Shown: positions 35,813 to 47,256 of the stretch, in pieces
How positions within the stretch are numbered: the stretch's first letter is position 1
Layout: every line of letters starts with the position of its first letter
Made by a program: the position numbers and the translations under genes
The notes under the pieces: generated by a model
What the model was told of the DNA's origin: nothing
Seen by the model: only the letters and a program-made list of their open reading frames with translations
The model's database searches: none
Origin: Paraspadella gotoi
Lineage: Eukaryota > Animalia > Chaetognatha
Assembly (NCBI GenBank): GCA_051294375.1
Contig: CM119269.1
Coordinates: 11,944,896 to 12,008,895 of the forward strand
Direction: 5' to 3'
DNA length: 64,000 nt

Positions 35813-36639
35813 AATTTTTTGATGACGGATCGATATCTAGAGAGAGAGTCAGCCAGTCAGTCAGGACACACGAAATGGCATCGAATTTGTTCCGGGAAAC
35901 TTGGCACCGATTCCTCCACAACGTTCCTGGTTGAATCTTCATTCAATTCTGTAGATTAAATTCAATATTTTCCAGTCGCGCGACGACACAAACATTACAA
36001 ACTAACGAAGGTCGTCAGCCTCTCGAAGATTTGAGAGGAAGAAAACTAGAAGGAAAGTTAAATCAGCTGAGCGGAGCTGTTCGTGCTGCTGCTGCCGCCG
36101 CCGCTGTCGTCGTCGTGTTTTCAGAGCTTTTACCAGTTTGACAAAAAATCCTGGTTGCGCGGGCGTGCCGATCAATCGAAGAAAAAAAAACCCTGGCTTA
36201 ATTTTCTTTCGTTTTTTAAACTTGGATTTTTATTTTTAAAAAACTTTTGTCTTCCGCTGAATTAAGGATGGGAAAAATTACGGTGGGTTGAGGTATGTGC
36301 GTCTTTTTACGCTTGATCAATATTATTATATTATATATATGCGTTGTTTATTTTTGAGAAGCTATACACTATGTTGACCCTATTTTTAAATTCAAATGGG
36401 TAACATCAAGTTCATTCTCATAAAATAAATATGGTTTCTTTTCTCTTCTCTGTCAGTTCGCGATTTATTACAATCGTTTATTATTTTATTGTGTTCTAGT
36501 TTAACTGAATTCTAAAACGAGTTTGTACTTTGGTTGGCTTGATCTTTTCTTCCCAAAGAAAGACACTTCAATTTATGGTTAGTTATTAGTTTTTAATTAT
36601 TATTATTATTTTATTATTATTATTANNNNNNNNNNATGA

Positions 36640-37890
36640 AGAGAGGATGAAAGCTCGAGGGAAATGAAAGTAAAAGAAAATGGAAGGAAATGAAAGAAAA
36701 TGGATGGAAATGAAAGAAAATTGATGGGAATGAAAGAAGATTGATGGGAATGAAATAAAATGGATATAACTGAAAAAAAATGGATGGGAATGAAAGAAGA
36801 TTGATGGGAATGAAATAAAATGGATAGAAATGAAAAAAATGGATGGGAATAAAAGAAAATTGATAAAAATGAAAAAAAATGGAAGGAAATGAAAGAAAAT
36901 GGATTTAAATAAAAAAAAATTGAAGGAAATGAAAAAAAATGGATGGAAATGAAAGAAAATTGATTGGAATAAAATAAAATGGATAGAAATTAAAAAAATG
37001 GATGGGAATGAAAAAAAATTGATGGAAATGGAAGTAAAAAAATGGAAAATGAACAAAAATGAATGGAAATGAAAAAAATTGAAGGAAATGAAAGAAAATA
37101 GATGGAAATGTAAGAAAATGGATGGAAATAAAAAAAAATGGATGGTAAGGAAAGAAAATTGATTGAAATGGAAGTAAAAAGATGAAAATGAAAGAAAATG
37201 GGTTGAATTCAAAGAAAATTTATGGAAATGAAAGAAAATTAATTGAAATAAAAAAAATAGATGGGAAATGAAAGAAAATATATGGAAATAAAAGAAAATG
37301 GATGGAAATGAAAGAAAATTGATGGAAATAAAAGAATATTGATGGAATTAAAAAAAAGGATGATAATGAAAGAAAATTGATGGAAATGGAAGTAAAAAGA
37401 TGGAAATGAAAGAAAATGGGTGGAATTAAAAGAAAATTTATGGAAATGAAAGAAAATGAATGGAAATGAAAATAAATGGATGGGAAATGAACGAAAATGG
37501 ATGGAAATGAAAAAAAAAGGAAATGAAAGAAAATGGATGAAACTGAAAGAAAATTGATGGAAATGAAAGGAAATGGATGAAAATGAAAGAAAATTGATGG
37601 AAATGGTAGTATAAAGATGGAAATGAAAGAAAATGGGTAGAATTTAAAGAAAATTTATGAAAATGAAAGAAAATGAATGGAAATGAAAAAAAATGGATGG
37701 GAAATGAAAAAAAATGGATGAAAATGAAAACAAAATTGATGGAAATGAAAAAAGTGAAGGAAATGAAAGAAAATGGGTAGAATTTAAAGAAAATGGATGG
37801 AAATGAAAGAAAATTGATGGAATTGAAGGAAAATTGATGGAAATAAAAGAAAAAGGGTAGAAATGAAAGAAAATGAAGGAAATTGCATTT
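36640..37890. repeat. Purine-rich minisatellite, about 20 bp unit GATGGAAATGAAAGAAAAT(T/G)
   Basis: About 1.2 kb of degenerate tandem units next to an N gap. Confidence 0.9.
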
Positions 37891-38666
37891 TAATCGAAGA
37901 AAATTGGAAGGATATGGATCGAAATGGAATAATAATGATAATTCTTTTTAAAAAATGGTTAAAAATGGAATAGAATAGTTTTAAATTAAAATGATGGATG
38001 TAAATGATAATAATGTTGATGATTTCTCTGAAATAATAGAAGATAAAGACTACGGTAAAAATGATGATTCAGAAAGATGGATGAAAATTGTAGAAAACCA
38101 ATTAAAGGACGTCGACGACGACGACGACTACGGCGACGATGATGATGACGACGACGACGATGATGATGATGAAAGATTCATTTAATCAGGAAAATGGATG
38201 GTTATCCATTGTATTATTCCTTTCCGATGGTTATCGTAACAGTTATTATTATTTCTCTGAGGACATTAGTAAAAATGTTAATTCAGATGATGAAGGGATC
38301 AAGCGAGGCAACGATGATGAGAGATGACAATTACGAATGACGATTATAATGAAAATGATAGCCATTATCTTTTGAAGATGATAATTATGATAGTGACAGT
38401 GATGATAGTAAAGGACTGAAGGTGGTGTCGCTTTGTAGGATGAACGACGTGGATCTGTCTCACGCATTTTTGTCTTCGTCTGATTTGCGCCGCGTCACCG
38501 CGAGAGTCGAAGCCGAGAAAAGGCGCGCGCGCGGAAAGAGAGAGAGAGAGAGAGAGAGCGAGATAGAGAGACGCAAATAACATTTTTATTGCGGATTCAA
38601 GTCATCATGAAATCGAGTTTTAACCGTCGCCTCAAAATAATAAGAATCGATAAAAAAAAAAATAAG

Positions 38667-38742
<76 letters not shown>

Positions 38743-39199
38743 TCTTATAACTTCATTAGATTTCATTAATTTGTATAAAAACTAGATTTTAAACTTCTCT
38801 CCGGGTTAATTTTTATTATTATGTTTATGAAATCAAACCGTCGGTTTCCCTTCGCGAGACGTTCGACCCATGATATCTAAATTTAAATTGTTGATTCATT
38901 CGTATGTCAATATAACGAGTCTGTATCTCATTTCTTCGATGATATTCGATCTTCCTGTTTATGTTTTAACGGAAAACGAATTTTTCCTAAAAATCACCGA
39001 TGACGTCACTGAGAGAATTTCCTCAATTTTTTTCTTCTCAACACAAAATCTCTTTTGACGGCGAAACCTTTTTTTATTTTTTTTATTTTTTTTTTATTTT
39101 CCGGATGGAGACTAATTTTGTCTCTCTTACCTGAAATTAAATCTCTGAATCTTTTTTTTTTTCGTATTCATTTTCTTAAGCGCACCAAGTCTTTTCTTT

Positions 39200-39790
39200 A
39201 ATCCCTAAACCCTAAACCCATAGCCAAAACCCTAAACCCTAAACCCATAGCCAAATCGAGTTAATTTTACTTTCGCCAACCGGGGTTTGGGGGGGGGTTT
39301 AGGGTTAGGGTAATTAGGTAATAATTTTTTTAAAGACGCCAACCCGGGCCGGCCAGAGTAAAATTTTACCGCCAAATCACAAAATCATATTTTTAATCTT
39401 AATCTTTAACCTTAATCTTTAACCTTAATCTTTAACATCTTTAACCTTAATTTTTAACATCTTTAACCTTAATCTTTAACCTTAATCTTTAATCTTTAAT
39501 CTTTAATCTAACCCTAATTCATAACCTTAATCCCTAACCTTTTTTTCCCTAACTTCAATCCCTAACCGTGATCCCCAACCCTGATCCCTAAACCTAATCC
39601 TAACCGTGATCCCCAACCTGATCCCTAAACCTAATCCCTAACCGTGATCCCCAACCCTGATCCCTCAACCTAAACCCTAACCGTGATCCCCAACCCTGAT
39701 ACCTAAACCTAATCCCTAACGTGATCCCCAACCCTGATCCCTAAACCTAATCCCTTACCCTACCCCGACCTCAAATCCTAACTTTATCAT
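39200..39790. repeat. CCCTAA-rich degenerate repeats, including a ~38-bp unit AATCCCTAACCGTGATCCCCAACCCTGATCCCTAAACCT
   Basis: About 5 tandem units at 39555-39760, plus TTAACCTTAATCT repeats. A similar tract lies at 61920-62130. Confidence 0.75.
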
Positions 39791-39900
39791 GAACCCTGAA
39801 GCTTAAAAAAAAACTTGAGCCTCTCTTCACAAATTATTTTTTTCTCCCGTCAGTAACTCACTCTTCCCTCATTCACGGAGCTTCGCTTCGCCGTGAAAAT

Positions 39901-42027
39901 ATGGCGGAATCATCGCTACAAATTCACACTCACTGGATTCACTGCGACATTCCTTCCCTCACGGTGAAGATAAAGGATTCTACTACGGCAGGTTGGTCAA
40001 GGGGGGGGGGTTGGTTTAGAACCACATTGCGATGATCACGACTTGATTTCCTCCAGCCTTAAAAAAATCTGTATCGACTAACAATAAGCCAATATATTAT
40101 ATACTAAGCTTTGCCGAATTCGATTATCAATTTTGTTTTTTATATACATATTACATATATGAAGAGACATTAATTATTGTTATGTGTTAGTCACAGAACC
40201 ATTCAATATAAGCAGTCCCTGAGCTCTGGATCAGGCTATAATACCGTGTTACAAGCGTGTTAAACGCCCCGTCCCTCTTAACTGCTAGGCGACCACCGGG
40301 CTAGAACCCACGGCCTTTGGGTTGGGAGGCGAATGACTTGCCTCCGGCACCAATGGCCACTGATGAACGGTTGGTGGATTTTAGTCCACTATGGCAACAG
40401 CCGGGTTGCCTGTGATGCCCATTGGAATGGGGCATCTCACTGTTGGCTTTGGGGGCTTCCGACCCTCAGTGACGCCTCAAGTCACTGGCGTGGTTACCCT
40501 AGGACGGTCTCGCTTTGCCAACGCAGAGGGAAGTGGTTAGGACTGTGGATAGACACTACGCCTGGGATGGTGTGTTCCTCCTCTGAGCCAATGGATTTAG
40601 CTGAATGATGGTGGACGTGAGGCGGTGTGAATATATATATACCGCCACAGGATCCCCGGGCCAAGACTTCACTCAGGTTCCTCAAGCCTGAGAGGTGTCT
40701 GACAGGACTGTTACCATAGTTGGAGAGAGAGAGAGCGCGAGTTGTGGGGGTATAGGCGTTTGTCGTAGCGTACCCTGAGAAGGTTGCGTGTTTGATAGTA
40801 GGGTTCACCACTTATGGCAACAGCCGGGTTGCCTGTGATGCCCATTGGGATGGGGCATCTCTCTGTTGGCTTTGGAAGCTTCCGACCCTCAGTGACGCCT
40901 CCAGACACTGGCGCGGTTACCCTAGGACGGGCTCGCTTTGCCAACGCAGAGGGAAGTCGTTGGCTGAAGGATGGTGGACGTGAGGCGGTGTGAATATACC
41001 GCCACACCACCATATATACGACTAAAGTAAAAAGGCATTTAGAGACTTGTAACAAATAACTAATAACCAAATCAAAAAAATTAATCATTAAATCAATTAA
41101 TAAATGCCTCAAATAATAAAAAAAAATCAATGAATACTATAGCTATGGAATTAATAGATTAGCGAAGAATAAATCGTGAAATAAATATAAAATATATTAA
41201 ACATATTTAAAACTAATACTTAAAATAATAAATTTTCCAGCCGAGGCCCTCGAATGCCTCCGTCCGCGCCTCGGCCTCTCTCCCGACGCCCGTCTCGAGA
41301 TGTTGGAATGTCTCGTCGACGCCGGCGGCCGGACTCTTCAGACGAGACCCATCCGAGGAAATCTGATGAAGGCGACGGACAGACGAGATAGAGAGAGAGA
41401 CGACGGAGAAATAAGGTAAGGAGATGGAAAGAAGTGAGGTGAAATAAGAGGAGGTGCTTCATTGGTGGCCTGCGAGATTGTGGTGGCTCTTCGTTTCTCG
41501 GTGGGTGATTCCGCTTCGTTTTCGCGGGGTGAATCCAATTTTAAATTATAAATAAACACTGATTGATAATCACTAAATCAGAAGTCATCCTATCTCTTTA
41601 TTAGTTTCTTGTAACATCGAACTAAAAAAAAAAAGCATTTCGCCATCTCAACTATGATTTTATTTCGACAAATTTGTTTCATTCATCTTTTTTTTACCGT
41701 AATATTACAAACACTTAAGTTTTTCGATCTCGCGATGTTTAAAAAATAAATCATAATGCGAGACCATATATTTTTTCCCTTTTTTTAATAGAATTTCGAT
41801 TCTAACTAAAGTTTCGTTCTGAGCTCAATTTTCTAACGTTTTGACGATTGGTTGTTGTCGTCATCTTTCCCCGCCATCTTTCAATTCTTCAAAATCGAAA
41901 TCTGTAATTGGGATCGAGGCTCCGCCCGCGCGCCTCCTGTCGGAGACGGTTTCGTTCAAAAACGCGGCGCCACTCTAACGGTTTGTAACGAAGGCGGGCT
42001 AGGCGTTGACGGCGGACGTCCTGTATG

Positions 42028-42067
<40 letters not shown>

Positions 42068-45000
42068 TCATAATGAGAATCGATGACGGATGTCCTTTCA
42101 GTGAGAAAGAAAACGACGCAATGAAAGCGAAAGAAAGAAAGAAATTGAATAATCAGAAAATGAAGAAAAAGCGAGAGAAAAAAAAGAAAGAAACAAACCA
42201 GTGGCTGCGCCAATACATGTAAATCGCTTTCAAGGGATTAAGCTGAACTGTTACTGTGGCACTAATAGTTTTTTTCCAACTTGCATCATTTAGGATTAAA
42301 AACCCGTTAAGATAAGGAGGATTAAAGAAGAAAAAGTAGTAATGAATCTTAAATAGAATATGCTTGAATAGCATAGTCAATGTCCGTTTGTACGGGGTGA
42401 AGTATTGAAGGATTCAAATCCCCAACAGTTCTATCGAAAGTTATGTTAATTTCGAAGGATTTCATCTCATCGTTTCCACGAGAGGAAACGCCAAGGCGAC
42501 AGTCAGGGTCTTGGACTTTTTGAAATTGTCGATTTTTTTATTGTAAATATTTTTAAAAATAATTTTTTTCATATTTTTGCAAAATATGAAAATATGCAAA
42601 ATTACCTGTTTTATTTTCATATCTTTTACTGATGACATATATGCGAGAGAGACACAAAAGCACTATAGAAGAAAAAATCTTAAATTATAAAAGTATAAAA
42701 TTTTAAAATTTGTTTCATTTTGGAATGCAACGCAACAAATCATGTGCCTTTTTTCTCCGTTTTTTTAAAACATTGTAAAACTTGCGCCTAATTACAAAAA
42801 ACGCCCGTGCCAAATATCATACATCAGTTTTGTGTTAGGTTTTCATTTTGGTTTCATATTAAAAATATATTTTTTTATATTTTTTTTTATTATTTTTTAA
42901 TTTTTATCTTCTTCGAATGTGTAGTCGGTTTATTAATTTAATTTTGCGGACATCAACCTGCATTTTTTCTTTTATATTGCTTCAATTCTTTTGTGTCTCT
43001 CTCGCATATATACCATCATTGAAAGATATAAAAATGAAACAGGTAATTTTATATATTTTCATATTTTGCAAAAATAAAAAAAAAAATATTTTAAAAAATA
43101 TTTACGATAAAAAAATCGAAAAAAACACTTGGTATTTTGTTGAAGAGCAGGTGCAAGTGAAGATCTAGTAGGTGCAGATAAAATTTTTTGAATGTTCTAT
43201 TGTCTTACAAAAGGCCTCCTGTTTTGTAAAGCCCTCTAGTAGAATAGGGTAAAAATATAAAAAAGATTTAATAGGACTGTTCTTTTGTTTCAGAAAAGAT
43301 ATACTAAAACTAAATTTTATTAGTATTTTTAGTCGGATCTGCTTTCAGCAGATCCCGACTCTATAATTCACTTTGTCGGTCCGTCGGTCCGCCCCCTCAA
43401 TCTTTTTGGGCATTCACTTATATCATGTCAGAATATCAAATTATGATAAATTATGCAAAAAAAAAAGATGTCCATCTGTCTGTCTGTCTGTCCGTCCCAC
43501 CTTAGCAAAAAACACCAATTACTCGTGATTGGATGGATGGATTGGAAAGAAATTTTGTGTGTGGGTAGGGAAGGGTGTGATTGAGCTGGATATGAAGTTT
43601 CAACGGAATCGTCCGAGTGGAAATGTGTTTAAATGAAAAAAACAAAAAAATATATTTCACTATTTGAACACCAATTACTCATGAGTGGATGGGGCGATTG
43701 ACTTGAAATTTTGTATTTGGGTAGAAAAGTATGTGATTAAACTGGAAATCAAGTTTCGATGGAACCGTTTGAGTGGAAATGAGTTTAAATGGAAAAAAAC
43801 AAAGAACCTGTTTCGCTAATTTATTATGCTTCTTTTTCTTTTTATTTTAAATGTAAATACAAGATGTATAAATTAATCAAATAATAATAATCAGTTAATT
43901 AATCAATTAGTCAATTAATTATTAAATAATTAATCCATCAATTAATCAATAAAAACAAACATTTCGGATCAAATTGCCTAATTAATTAAATAATTAACTT
44001 GAATTAATTAATTATTAATTAATTAAATAATTAATTAACTTGAATTAATGATAATGATAATGATCGTGGGCAGATCCGACATTGTTTGCTCAAACTTGTT
44101 TTTTTAAAAAAGCTCTTTTGTTTGTGGAGCCATCTGGTTTATTAAGACCAAAACAGGCAAAAATTTGCTATTTTGTGTAAAGCAATGCAAGTTAATATCT
44201 AGTGGGTGCAGACAGAAGAGCAAATTTCTATAGAAAGTAAAGGGAAAATGCTTATAGTACAAAAAGTAAGAGACAAATCCTCATAGTAGGTAGCATACAG
44301 CGATTTACAATAAAAGATAACAAAGAAAAAAGACAGAGGGAGAGAGATAGAGTTTTCTCCCAACCTCCCAAGCGATGGCCATGTCGATCGAGTCATATGC
44401 GCTTTCGATCTTCGTCATCTTTGCTGCCATTTCGATGTTGTCTTTCATCTGAGGAGGGAGAGAGAGCGAGAGCAAGAGCGCGCGATTTAATTATTGTCTA
44501 GTCAAGAAGTTGAAATTAATAAAGTCGCAACATTTATGCCTGACAATCCAATTTATATTTTTCAACTCCGACCCCATATGCTGTTATTTTCCAAAGCCAA
44601 GCCACTGCACAATTAGTTTTACACTCAACCACTCAATTTTTGCCCTAATTAACGCCAACTACGCCACCCTGCTAATAAATTATGCCAACATCTAAAGATC
44701 TCCGTTTTTTGTGTTTTTGATTCCAGTCAAAAATGCCACCCCCGACATCAATTCACGCCAACAACGCCGTAAATCTACGCCACCGTTCTCGTGAGTTCTT
44801 CCGGCGCTGATTTGATTCTCCTGCTCTCCATCTTTTTCGTTGTATTTGTGGAATCAACTTCTGATGGATTTTGCAGAATCGAGGACATTTGGTTGAGAAA
44901 GACGCGATTATCGAAGTCTCGCCTGTCGTTGTCTTCCGCGCGGGACTGAGAGAGAGAGAGTTTGTGATTTTAATTTATATGGCTCATCCTCACTTTATTA

Positions 45001-47168
45001 ATGCTTCCAAGCTTTTTCTCAACTCTCGCTGAATCATCGCAAACATTTATAAACCTTGCGTAACCTTTGTAAACCATCGACCTTTCTTAATTTTTCTAAA
45101 CCCATTTTTGACTTTTTTAAACCCATACAATATTCAAAAAAACTTTTTACTTTTAAATGTTGCTTACGAAAAACATTTTTCCCTTCCACTCGATAGCAAC
45201 GTCAAGAATAACCAGTGGCTGCGCCAATGCATGGAAATTGCTTACAAGGGCTTAAACTGAACTGCTACTGCGTCAATAATAATATTTTTTTAAATTTGCA
45301 TCATTTTTTAACTTTTTCATTTTTTCAACTTTTATTATTTTTCAGCTTGCATCAATTTTTTAACTTCCATACTTTTTTTGTTTTTTATCAATTCAAATAT
45401 TTTTTGTTTGAATTTACATTTAGTTATGACTTACTGCAATATGCAAATTGGATTATAGTATTTTTTCATTAATTTTCTTTGATAGTAAGGTCTGGCGAGA
45501 TCATTATACTTTTAAGATTTTTTCTTCTATAGTGCTTTATATATGACGCATATATGTCATCAGTAAAAGATATGAAAATAAAACAGGTAATTTTGCATAT
45601 TTTCATATTTTGCAAAAATATTAAAAAAATTATTTTTAAAAATATTTACGATAAAAAAATCGAAAAAAACACTTGCTATTTTGTTGAAGAGCAGGTGCAA
45701 GTGAAGATCTAGTGGGTGCAGATAAAATTTTTTGAATGTTCCTTTGTAAAGCCCTCTAGTAGAATAGAGTTTATTAAAACCAAAACAGGCAAAAATTTGC
45801 TATTTTGTGTAAAGCGATGCAAGTGAAGATCAAGTGGGTGCAGACTTTTTATAGAAAGTAAAGGGAAAATGCTCATAGTAGAAAAAGTAAGAGACAAATC
45901 CTCGTAGTAGGTAGCAAAAGTTACAAAGAAGACGAAAAAAAAAAAACAACAACGACAACCAACGACCGACCGACCTTCAACTTTGCGAAATCAATCTCCT
46001 TCCTGATGTCGGCCACTGGCGGCTTGTCGTCGACGATGGGGCCTATGGCTGCGATCTTCTCTCGATACAGCCTCTTCTGGGCCTCGAAATCGGCCCATGT
46101 CTTTGAGCCCGGAAGGCACGGGGACCCAGTCGTCTCTATCTTCATAGACGTCATCTTTTTTTCAAACGCGGACGAGAGAGACAGAGACAGAGAGAGAGAA
46201 AAAAAATCAACGGAGCGATAAAAAATTTTTTGTGTTCGAGAAGCAAAGATCGTGTTTTAAATTCGTTCTTAATAAATTCGTCTAAACCTTAATGTTTTGG
46301 CTAAATCGTTAAAGTCGAGTTATAATGTATCAGTAGGACGCAACTAAACGTGGGAAGCCGATGTAGAATGACGGGAATGATGTTGACTATTGTGAGTATT
46401 AGGTTTCTTATAAATCAGATCAACCATGTGCAGGATTTCTCTTTATTTTCCCTTTTTTTACGCAAATCATTTCGCCTTTTGTTGACGGAAAAAAATTTAA
46501 AATTAACAAAATAATATTTAAATTTATTTATTTTTTTAAAATTCTGTCAATTCCTAGGTTCGTTGTTCGGGAAAATTATATTTCGGTGGCAGAAAAAGAA
46601 GAGACGTTGGACCAAATGACGGACGACGTCGAAAGGTAAGGTCAAGTGTTCGAATCCGCTGGAATTGAAATCGATTCGAGAAAAAAATTAATTTATTGTT
46701 AATAACTTACGGAATAGAGTTGACACTGTAATGCTAATCTAGAAAATAAATGTAGCGGCTTCTCAAATAAATCCAGAGTGAGTCAGAAAGACTATTTTCT
46801 GTAGAATAAAATTTCTTACTTTGTATAAGACGTGTTAAGTTTAAGTCTCAAATTATGATAGCTCGTTAACCATTCGCCGCTCATTTTAATGTCATGTTAC
46901 AATGTAACATTGTAATATGGTTTAACCCAACCTTCCCTCTCTTCCCCGCCCGACCTCAACAGCCTCGTGGATTTCCCCGACCTCTCACGCCTCCCTTCCC
47001 CAACCGAGTCTTCAATTCTCTCGAATCTCCGTCGCAGATTTGAAGAAGGAAACTTCTGCTCTTTTCTCGACGATGTTCTCGTTTCTGTCAACCCAAACAA
47101 ATTCTTCCCCATCTACAATCCTAAGGTGGGTCTCTCTCTCTCTNNNNNNNNNNNNNNNNNNNNNNNNN

Positions 47169-47256
<88 letters not shown>

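Noticed and set aside
36586-37212. 208-aa F/S/I/H-rich ORF and other low-complexity ORFs (SLSL, FFFF, RERE)
   Set aside because: These are translations of mini- and microsatellites.
35430-38600. GC-richer patches (35450-35520, 35810-36200, 37990-38580) as exons of another gene
   Set aside because: I could not build a consistent spliced ORF or recognise a motif. They may be UTR or promoter sequence and remain unresolved.
40355-40389. CTGATGA on the antisense strand of the TRIM-B LTR as a hammerhead
   Set aside because: No helix II followed by GAAA and no cleavage triplet.
40333-41130. Recurrent ORFs ([12 protein letters not shown]...) as a peptide family
   Set aside because: Chance frames through TRIM-A LTRs, with frames and stops differing between copies.
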